Virus record (IMG/VR): IMGVR_UViG_3300045988_159115
Origin: a virus
Reading direction: 5' to 3' (one strand)
DNA: 64,000 nt
A program made the position numbers and the translations under genes. The notes beneath the pieces are model-generated. The model was given only the letters and a program-made list of their open reading frames with translations, was not told the origin of the DNA and made no database searches. Shown one piece after another: positions 33,891 to 42,400 of the stretch (position 1 is the first letter of the stretch; every line of letters begins with the position of its first letter).

Positions 33891-33925
33891 AAAGAAATGA
33901 GGTGATTCCAATGTAGAATTTATCT
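33891..33925 (+). repeat. 35-nt leader repeat, copy 1 (SD + AUG-UAG / TGTAGAAT)
   Basis: AAAGAAATGAGGTGATTCCAATGTAGAATTTATCT is identical to 34579-34613. Confidence 0.9.
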
Positions 33926-33966
33926 TTCGTCTACATCCACGTATTCTTACAAAAGGAGATTATATT

Positions 33967-34566
33967 ATGAGCGACATGATTGAGCTCGCGCACATCCAAT
34001 TCAATGCAATCGCTAGTCGTACCATCACATTCGCGAAAGATGGAAAACCCGTATATGTCATCGAAGCTGTTAGCGATCGTTGCAGCGATGCATTCCTTCC
34101 GATCAATTCGATCAACCACAACAGCGAGTTCTATGACGTTATCGCTAACTTCGTTAAGAAGTATAATGGTAATGCTGAGGTTCCCTTCAATTATGTGAGC
34201 CGTTTCTATCTGAAGGATATGTCGTCTGGTAAGGAATATGCGTTTATTCTAAATGATACCGCGTATTATGCGAAGAATCGCGTATTCACCAGCATGGATT
34301 ATATCAAAGCATATCTTGGCGATGATCCTGAGAAATGGAATGAATTCGCAAAGATGATCAAGACAGAAACCATGCCATTTGAAGGTATCGTGTACTCCGT
34401 TAGCCGTGACGGCGATCACGTTATTCGTGAGAAGAATGATTGGAAGAGAGACCGTCATCTCCTGTTTGCTCCTTATGGCGAAACCGAATTCCGTCCTAGC
34501 AAATTTAAGCATCTATTAACCAACAGCCTCGAAGGTGTTGAGGTTAAAGATCAAAATGATGCATAA
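33967..34566 (+). CDS. hypothetical protein, paralog family A
   Basis: See 31368. Confidence 0.75.
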   Translation: MSDMIELAHIQFNAIASRTITFAKDGKPVYVIEAVSDRCSDAFLPINSINHNSEFYDVIANFVKKYNGNAEVPFNYVSRFYLKDMSSGKEYAFILNDTAYYAKNRVFTSMDYIKAYLGDDPEKWNEFAKMIKTETMPFEGIVYSVSRDGDHVIREKNDWKRDRHLLFAPYGETEFRPSKFKHLLTNSLEGVEVKDQNDA

Positions 34567-34578
34567 CTAATATGCATC

Positions 34579-34613
34579 AAAGAAATGAGGTGATTCCAAT
34601 GTAGAATTTATCT
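34579..34613 (+). repeat. 35-nt leader repeat, copy 2
   Basis: Identical 35-mer. Similarity extends ~10 nt upstream (TATGC.TC..AAAG). Confidence 0.9.
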
Positions 34614-34649
34614 ACTTCAGTCAAACTAAAAAGAGAAAGGAAAAATAAA

Positions 34650-35507
34650 ATGTCAAACGAACATGCGTGGAAATTTACCACTGAAGCCTCCAGTGGTAAG
34701 AAAAACTATGATATCGTCTGGGAAGGCTTACCCCACATCTACTTCTACGATGCAGATGGTTGCCATTGCGAGTGTGATGACAATGAGCCCGACGAGAAGC
34801 AGGTCGAGTTCGATCAAGAGATGCATCTGGATGGCAGATACAACCAGTACCAGCGTGACTACATCGTCAACACGTTCGAATTTCCCATGACGAAAGACCT
34901 GCGTGGTGAGAATGATGGTCATGCTATCAATATCAGCCTCCGGGTGTACTATCCCATGGTCCTTCCGAATATGATTCAGCCGAAAGACTTTGATGTCAAT
35001 CTGTGCCATATTCTGGAAGCAATCGAGCATTTCAATCATCTCGAAACCTGCGCGAGCATCAACGACATCAGCATTGATCTTGCTCCCACCCAGAAAGATG
35101 GCGTCTTCATGAAGACCACCTTCAATTTCAAACCTGCGGCTGGCGAATGCATGGCCGCAACGGATCGCTGGGAAAAATTCAGAAAAGACTCCGAGGAACG
35201 GCGGCTTGTAAGTGCGAAGGAGGCTATGACTGCTGCCATTTTCGGCGACGAAGTTTCCTGGAGACTCTATGAGAAGAGTTTCAAGCGGGACATCACTCGT
35301 ACTCGCATTCTGACTCAGTATCCTGAGTTGACTGAGTGGTTCACCGATATGGAACGGGACTGCACAAAGAAGTGGTCTCTTTTTGCGGAGAATAAGGATA
35401 CGGAAGGAAAAATCCCTATCATGACTCCGAAAACTCAGAGCGTTCTTGATGAGATTCAGAAGACTCCCGAGCCCACTTATGGTACCGGCCCCTCGAAGAA
35501 AAACTAA
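34650..35507 (+). CDS. hypothetical protein
   Basis: ORF with an AAAGGAAAA SD. No motif recognised. Confidence 0.7.
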   Translation: MSNEHAWKFTTEASSGKKNYDIVWEGLPHIYFYDADGCHCECDDNEPDEKQVEFDQEMHLDGRYNQYQRDYIVNTFEFPMTKDLRGENDGHAINISLRVYYPMVLPNMIQPKDFDVNLCHILEAIEHFNHLETCASINDISIDLAPTQKDGVFMKTTFNFKPAAGECMAATDRWEKFRKDSEERRLVSAKEAMTAAIFGDEVSWRLYEKSFKRDITRTRILTQYPELTEWFTDMERDCTKKWSLFAENKDTEGKIPIMTPKTQSVLDEIQKTPEPTYGTGPSKKN

Positions 35508-35570
35508 CCCTATGGCAGGGCAGTCCGTGTGGATTGTCCTGCTTCTTTTCTTATAAGGAGGAGAAAGATT

Positions 35571-35927
35571 ATGGCATTCTTTAATGCAATGGCTGATCAG
35601 TTCGAAGAGATCACGGTTTGTGGAAAGCCTGCGTTGTTCACCAGCATCCGTCTTGATAGGAATACTATCCCGGATTGTCTGTATGCCTACGACGTCCGGC
35701 ATGATGATGACTGTGAGGGTATCCCTTGTGAGATCGCACCCTATGTGCTTGTCAACCACTGGGGAACCATCATCCTTGCAGAGCCTCTGGAACTGCCGGA
35801 CGATGGTCGGCGGTACATCGACGAGGAAGACGACTGGAACTACTCCCCGTTTGATGGCGCCGAGAAAAATCAAAAGCCGTGCACCACAATAGAAGAATTC
35901 ATGAAGACCTATGTGAAGCAGAAATAA
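35571..35927 (+). CDS. LPD28 / YodL-like domain protein
   Basis: GKPALFTSIRLDRNTIPDCLYAYDVRHDDDCEGIPCEIAPYVLVNHWGTIILAEPLELPDDG matches my memory of the LPD28 pattern found in Firmicutes conjugative-element polyvalent proteins. AAGGAGGAG SD at ATG 35571. Confidence 0.5.
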   Translation: MAFFNAMADQFEEITVCGKPALFTSIRLDRNTIPDCLYAYDVRHDDDCEGIPCEIAPYVLVNHWGTIILAEPLELPDDGRRYIDEEDDWNYSPFDGAEKNQKPCTTIEEFMKTYVKQK

Positions 35928-35956
35928 CGGCATTTGATATAGGAGGTTAAAACCTG

Positions 35957-36550
35957 ATGAGAATCAAATTCTCTCAGGCAGTCTCCGGTAAAGTTCCTGC
36001 CAGTATCGGGATTGTGAGTGGATGTGATTATGCAAAACTCACAATTCTCGGTGATGGCAGTTTTATCAATTCGGATGGTTCCGAATGGTATGGTGAAAAA
36101 GTAACCCTCCCGAGAGGTATCTACCAAAAGGTATATCTCTCTAGGAAGGTTACTTCTTTTTCCATTAACGGTATCATTTCTGAGTTGGATTTATCAGGAC
36201 TGCCGATCGTTAATAATGTCTCGGAATTCTTTAGCTTAAGAGGACTGGCTCATTTGAATCTTCGGAATACTCCAACCTATGGAGATCTTTCCGAAGCAAA
36301 GAAATTGAGAGATTCTCTCACGTATCTGGATCTTGCTTTCACAAAAGTGGATGGTGATATCCATGATTTAAATCCACTAAAGAAGCTAAAGTTTCTAGAC
36401 ATAAGTGGTACCACAATTAAAGGAGATCGAGAAGAGCTCGTCGGCTTAAAAGATATTATCACTTTGCGGTTAAATGCAAACGTAGCCGATCATGATTTAG
36501 GGCTCAATGATAAAATAATGAGCTATATTAAACGCTCGTTGGAGGTGTAA
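35957..36550 (+). CDS. leucine-rich repeat protein
   Basis: Tandem LxxLxLxx units: LAHLNLRNTPTYGDL, LTYLDLAFTKVDGDI, LKFLDISGTTIKGD, IITLRLNANV. Confidence 0.7.
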   Translation: MRIKFSQAVSGKVPASIGIVSGCDYAKLTILGDGSFINSDGSEWYGEKVTLPRGIYQKVYLSRKVTSFSINGIISELDLSGLPIVNNVSEFFSLRGLAHLNLRNTPTYGDLSEAKKLRDSLTYLDLAFTKVDGDIHDLNPLKKLKFLDISGTTIKGDREELVGLKDIITLRLNANVADHDLGLNDKIMSYIKRSLEV

Positions 36551-36553
36551 TAG

Positions 36554-37465
36554 ATGGCTGCTTATCATCGTGTAGTAATAAAGATCAACGGAAGAGAAAT
36601 GTCACTCAAGGATGCATGTGACGAGTATGATATTGGCATCCAAAATCTTATTCCGTCAAGTGTAAAGAATTCGCCCTATGTGTCCAGAGAAGAGAAACTG
36701 ATCAGCATGATCTATAAAAAGTATAACCGGCATATCTCGGTTGGCGGCATCTTCTATTTGGATTCTCTTCACCTGGCATTGGAACTTGGTCTCGATCGTA
36801 CAAGCACTGCTAAGTATATTCTGAATGAGGACAGAGTAAGCTATAGCCCATCTGAATTTTCGAGATTCAAGATTGATTGTCCTCTCACTCTTCAGGACCA
36901 TTTTAATCCTGATAATCCGAACCATATTCGGTATTATAAGAGAGGAGAAGAGATTGCTCGAATCTATGGATTCAAATGCTATCAATCTTTCAAGAACGCC
37001 ATTGCTAATAACTCAATCAATGCCGCAAGGCGATATTTTACCGAGAAAGATTGCACCTATGCAATCACTCATACTCCAAAATCTAGGGAAGGTTCCCGTA
37101 TGAAACGGAAGGAGAATAGTATTCTCGGTATTACGGGACTAGGCAGTAAAGAATACAAAGAATCCTTTGCAAAAGAATGTGGTGATCAGACACTCGTAAA
37201 TTATCGTATGGGAAACGGAATGAGTGTTGAGGAAGCCATGACATTTGCTCCATACCTTCCGGAAGATTGCAACATCAAAATCTATCGGTATAGCTTTATG
37301 AGAAATCTCTGTGGTTATACCGTAACCAGATTCGCATACAAAGACGATCGCGGGAATGCATATTATGAATGCAAGAACCGTGCGAATGGAGAGATCAAGA
37401 TTCTTTCCAAAGAACTCGTCACGAAGATGTTCTATCTTCAGAAAGAGATTGATAAAGAGGGTTAA
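36554..37465 (+). CDS. hypothetical protein with several short HTH-like modules
   Basis: Segments such as MSLKDACDEYDIG, SLHLALELGLDRTSTAKYIL and SVEEAMTF resemble NUMOD1-type HTH modules (weak). Confidence 0.55.
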   Translation: MAAYHRVVIKINGREMSLKDACDEYDIGIQNLIPSSVKNSPYVSREEKLISMIYKKYNRHISVGGIFYLDSLHLALELGLDRTSTAKYILNEDRVSYSPSEFSRFKIDCPLTLQDHFNPDNPNHIRYYKRGEEIARIYGFKCYQSFKNAIANNSINAARRYFTEKDCTYAITHTPKSREGSRMKRKENSILGITGLGSKEYKESFAKECGDQTLVNYRMGNGMSVEEAMTFAPYLPEDCNIKIYRYSFMRNLCGYTVTRFAYKDDRGNAYYECKNRANGEIKILSKELVTKMFYLQKEIDKEG

Positions 37466-37470
37466 AAGAT

Positions 37471-38865
37471 ATGGATATAACAGATGCAAGAAATCAAACC
37501 TCGCACGAAGTTCAGCTGATGCTCCAGAACTATAAGAAGTGCTGCCTCGTAAAGCCTTGCAGTTTTGGTAAAACTTATATGGCAGCAGGAATTGCGTTGA
37601 TGTATCATGCGGTTGTTATCATCACGACTGCATCCGCATATCGCAATTCGATTCAGCCGAACTATCCCAATCTGGATGAGGACAAGCACGAGACGATCAA
37701 GTTCATGAGCTACTACTCTTTGGCAAGAGATCCGGAAAAGAGTCTCGGTGAGATCCATGACGCGGTGAAGAACCATACCGGAAACATGCTCGTCATCTTG
37801 GATGAAATCCATCGTGGTGGCGCGATTGGTGTTGCTGGTGCCATCTTAAAGCTGATGGAAACCTATCCGAGTGCTCATTATCTCGGTCTTACCGCAACGC
37901 CTTATCGAGCAGATGGATACGATGTCTTGAAGATGTTCTTTGACAATCATGTCATTGGAACGGAAGATGACGCTCCGATCACCGACTACTGCCCTGAGAG
38001 GCATCATTACGTCATAAGCCGCTTTAACTCAAAGCAGTTCATTGACGACTCTCCATGGAAAGAGCGCATCAATGGAAACGCGGCATCGTTCGATCACATC
38101 TATTCGAAGATTTCTCAGAAGTATTATTCTTCGAGTAATCTCGTTACCACTCTCCGTCGGTATAAAGATCTCTATCATCAGGAAAGCTACTTCAAGGTCA
38201 TTGTATTCTATCCGACGATTGAAAAGATGAAGGTGATGATCCCAAAACTCGCAAGTGCATTCGAGACTCTATATCCTGAGAGGAAGATTCGTGTCACTCA
38301 GTTCTATTACAAGAACTCTGCGAGAGTTGAGTCGTGCACGAGAGAGCCGAACACGATCGACATCATGGGCTCTATCAACATGCTTGGCATGAGCTATCAT
38401 GATGACGACGTGACTTGTGTGATCATGTTCCGGAAGACTCGTTCTAATAACGTCTATACTCAGGAGATTGGGCGAGTCATGAACTACACCTCGACGGATA
38501 AAAATACTTGCGTGTTTGACTTCGTTGAAAACTGCGATTCCACTCAGTATAAAGTTAGACGTCGTCATGACGTCGATCCAGAAACCACCTATGCTGGCGC
38601 TGTCGGTATCCAGGACGAACTCGAGAAGTTTACTGAGAAGATCGCAAAGCAGGTGACCGTTCACAATGAAGTTCTCGAAATCAAAAATGTCGTTCGTCTT
38701 CAGCAGGCTTTCTCCGATGCTAAGTATGCCAATATTCGCAGCGCAGTTGTCAATGCGTATTTGACAAAAGGAGCACCACTTGAATACTGCTGCAAGAGGT
38801 TGAATGTATCCGAGGAGTTATTCCTTGAATATATTGATCTCTATAAGAAAGCGGAAGTTGAATAA
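37471..38865 (+). CDS. superfamily-2 DEAD/DEAH-box helicase (ResIII-like)
   Basis: Motif I PCSFGKTYMAAG, motif II VILDEIH, motif III GLTATP, motif VI YTQEIGRVMN. Confidence 0.8.
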   Translation: MDITDARNQTSHEVQLMLQNYKKCCLVKPCSFGKTYMAAGIALMYHAVVIITTASAYRNSIQPNYPNLDEDKHETIKFMSYYSLARDPEKSLGEIHDAVKNHTGNMLVILDEIHRGGAIGVAGAILKLMETYPSAHYLGLTATPYRADGYDVLKMFFDNHVIGTEDDAPITDYCPERHHYVISRFNSKQFIDDSPWKERINGNAASFDHIYSKISQKYYSSSNLVTTLRRYKDLYHQESYFKVIVFYPTIEKMKVMIPKLASAFETLYPERKIRVTQFYYKNSARVESCTREPNTIDIMGSINMLGMSYHDDDVTCVIMFRKTRSNNVYTQEIGRVMNYTSTDKNTCVFDFVENCDSTQYKVRRRHDVDPETTYAGAVGIQDELEKFTEKIAKQVTVHNEVLEIKNVVRLQQAFSDAKYANIRSAVVNAYLTKGAPLEYCCKRLNVSEELFLEYIDLYKKAEVE

Positions 38866-38908
38866 AAGATATGCTATTATAAAATCTCATGAAAGGAGAC
38901 TACGCCAT

Positions 38909-39415
38909 ATGTGCGATACAAAAAATACAATTAATAGTCTAGGAATATCAGATGACGATATCGTCATTGCGGTGAACGCACCAACGCTTGCTCTGCAATG
39001 GCACGTCTATTGGTGTGATTTCAGCACCGTTATTCCTGGATGCAAAACACATCCTGCTCTCGTCGTAAGCCCTGATGAATGGAATGGAACCATGCCGTTC
39101 GTTAAGGTTGCCATGCTTACTTCGAAGTTGATCAGCACAAGCAATCCTGAATTTGCAGCAGCAAATGATCTTCGTGTTTACGTTGATCTTGGAACCGATC
39201 GTCTCAGCTGCATTAAGCTTGACAGGTTCTATGATGTACCTCTCTCTGCAATTCGGAGCCATATGAAAAGACTTCCGAATGATGAAATCCTGGAATCATA
39301 TATCACGCAGTGCATTGATGCACAGACAAAGAAAGACGTGAAGGCTCCTGGCCAGTATACCACTTATAAAAAGAACTGGCTCGAAGCCCATAACAACAAG
39401 GATTTCGTCTCATAA
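38909..39415 (+). CDS. MazF/PemK-fold toxin-like protein (orphan)
   Basis: WHVYWCDFSTVIPGCKTHPALVVSPDEWNGTMPFVKVAMLTSK...SCIKLDRFYDVPLSAIRSHMKRLPNDEILESY aligns with MazF GDLIWVDFDPTKGSEQAGHRPAVVLSP...VPCTT...ALADQVKSIAWRAR. AAAGGAGA SD. Confidence 0.6.
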   Translation: MCDTKNTINSLGISDDDIVIAVNAPTLALQWHVYWCDFSTVIPGCKTHPALVVSPDEWNGTMPFVKVAMLTSKLISTSNPEFAAANDLRVYVDLGTDRLSCIKLDRFYDVPLSAIRSHMKRLPNDEILESYITQCIDAQTKKDVKAPGQYTTYKKNWLEAHNNKDFVS

Positions 39416-39422
39416 GAGATGA

Positions 39423-39471
39423 AAATAATCCGTTGGAAATCCTTAAATGGAATCCAACGGATTATTTTTTT
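39423..39471. terminator. bidirectional terminator
   Basis: AAATAATCCGTTGGA / TCCAACGGATTATTT followed by TTTT. Confidence 0.85.
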
Positions 39472-39473
39472 GA

Positions 39474-42400
39474 TTAAGATTCGTAAATCTCTTTCAGTTT
39501 GCGTTTCAGTTCAACGATCACCTTATTGCCAAGAACGGTTATCAGAATTGAAGGAACCTGGCGTTTCAAGATTGAAGACGGTGGGATAAGGGAAGACACC
39601 TCTTCTTCAGGTCTGAATTCACTATAAGGCTCGTAGCCTTCAGGTATAATTTCACCAACGATACCCTTCAAAGCGGTGAAGTAGGCCACCTTGTCTCCTA
39701 CACCAAGGATATCACCGTGTTCGATATAGAATTCGATCAGTACGCTATCATCAACTTTCTGTCCTTTGATGACGCCGTAGATGTTCGGCTCGATCTTACC
39801 GGTGGTCTCATTGACAAGCAGGCCACACTTCACGATAGAAGAGTCCTCTTCAGCGTACTTGTCGAGGAATCCCTTTTTCTCTTTCACCGTCTTGTAGTAG
39901 TCGTTAACGACTTTACGAAGACTCGGACTCATCTCATCCAGTTCGACAGCTGAATAGATCTTGATCCCAACGATTGTACCGGCATACTTAGATCGAACGA
40001 CATTCTTACTTTCATTCTCCATGAGCTCTTTATTCTCATCAGAAAGAGTAGCAAGCAATTTATTCAGATCACTATCTTCGAATGATGTATCGTAGGAAAG
40101 CAGAGGATCGCCAATATGGACATGATCACCCACCTTACGCATATCATACACATTTGAGTTCTTACCAACAACTACTGATTTGCAGAAAGTCATATTGGCT
40201 TGTGCATCTCCAGCAAGTTTACGGGTAATAACGGTACAGTCGTTGTATGTGTTATAAGAAGAGATAATAGCAACTTTTTCCAGAACACCGACATTCATAC
40301 GAAGGCCATTGAGTTTATCTTCCTTGAAGAAGTCTTTGTGCCAAGCAAGGGCAGCATCTTTTTTGAAAGAATCACCCACTTTATACTTGGTCACAAGTTC
40401 ATTGGAAAGATAGAAACCACCGCCGCCGTTCTTTACGATATTCGGTGCAAGATTGATTGCTTGATGTTTACCGCTCTTATATTCAACCATGAGGATCTTG
40501 CTCTTCGGATCATAGTCAATGACTTTGCCATCCTCGGCAGCATTGACAACGAAATCCGTAGAAAGATCGAAGCGGATTGCTTCATCAGATCCATTTGAAA
40601 TAAGAGCAGGAGATGCATTCTGCACAGGAATAACATGCTTTGACTGCTTCACAGCCATTGCAATACGAACAGAGTCATCTCGAGTATTACCAAGAGGATA
40701 AAGAAGTTCAGCAGGAGAGAACAGGTTCACATCCTTCAGATCTTCTCGTTCGTTTTCTTTGATATCAACGTATCCACGTGCAGATGTGATATTCGGCTCC
40801 ATTGTAAGAGTACGATTAATACCACAGTTACCATCAGGAGAAGTGCTCATACCGATAACACCGATCATAGACGGGTCATAAGAACGCTTTTCCTCGGAAT
40901 ATGCACGATCAACGTTGACACCACGATATCCCTTTGCAGTGATATTACGATCTTTCTCAAGTTCAACGACAGGATTCAGTGTAGAATAATCTTCTACTGT
41001 CTGGAGACCCATCAATTCCTTGATAACGCAGTTTCTAGGAAGTGTCAGTTTCTTTTTACCGCCGCTATTCTTATAATCGAGATAAGCATTGGAAATCTGA
41101 TAATACAGAATAGCGGGAATGACTTCAGAAGAACGGACACGAGCAATACGCTGGCTAGACTCAAAGGTATAGCTATCGTCAACGAGTAAGCTATTTGCAT
41201 AAATGCAAAGCTCGATGAGATCAGTAGGAAGACCAATGTCACGAAGAATCTCTTCTGTGATAGGATCAATCATGAACTCATAATAGTTACCGATAGCGGA
41301 CATGATAGCCACTTTACCGTAGACTTTCTTGAAATAATCCACGTATGCTTCCGCACTATTATACTCATTGAGATCATGAGACTCTGTATCCAGAACCTTC
41401 ATGCCATTCATCAAGAGAGCTGTTGCCATATCCGCGTCATACAGCATATAGCAATCCTTAAACCGAATGACACCCTGACTTGCTTTTACCTGCTTCGGAT
41501 AAGACTTACTGAATTCATACTTCAGATTCATCTTCTTGAAGACTGATGTAATTCCTTCCCAATAGAGCATGTAGACAATTAGAGGCATTGTCTGACTCAT
41601 CATCGTCGCAGTTGAATACATGACCTTCTTGGTATTACGAGTCTTCAGATACTCATTTCGAATATCAGGAGGAAGCTGATCGACAAGAATATCGCAGATG
41701 GATTCACCATCACTTGCGGACTGAGTTTCGGAGTTAATCCAAATCTCTTTATTCTTATCTCTCCAACCAATAAAGATCATACTGCCATTATTGGTTTTAG
41801 GAGCTTCCAGATCATGATCTTCCACATACTTCTGTGCGTCTTCCTGACTAAAGAAAATCGTACAGGTAGGAGTTTCGAATTTTCGAATAACCTTGGAGAA
41901 CTCATCGTATTCCAAAGTAGTCAAATACTGCTTATTGGTGACATATACGTTACCAACTGTGAAATGCTTCATAGCATTCTCATTAGACGTAATGAGTTTC
42001 ATGAGACGCTCAACAGCAGAAATAGATTTTGCACCGGTACGACGGACGAAAATCTTATTGTAGTTGGAAACGATCTGTACTGTATCAGGGCCAGTCTTTA
42101 CGACAGGATATAAGAAATTCTGCTTATTGATCAGCTTCTTATTACCGCCGAGATACAGGAATTTATCGTCAAGGAACTTCGGAATATCAACCGTAACAAC
42201 ATGACGCTGATGCTTCTCATCTTCCAGAGTAACTTTCATCGTCATCTTGTAGTTTAACTCATCCGACGTATCTTCACTCTTGATATCAATGACATAGAAA
42301 GGCATACCCTTCTTATTCAGACAAGTAAAGTCGTTCATCAAATCAGCAGGCATAACATTTTCGATGTAATCCTTATTGATATTTGAGAACTTCACTGTCT

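Noticed and set aside
32108-35933. Minus-strand ORFs 32108-32824, 32673-33419, 33424-33750 and 34728-35933 (401 aa).
   Set aside because: They run antisense to a plus-strand operon with SDs, paralog relationships and leader repeats. They have no SDs and fall in a GC-rich stretch.
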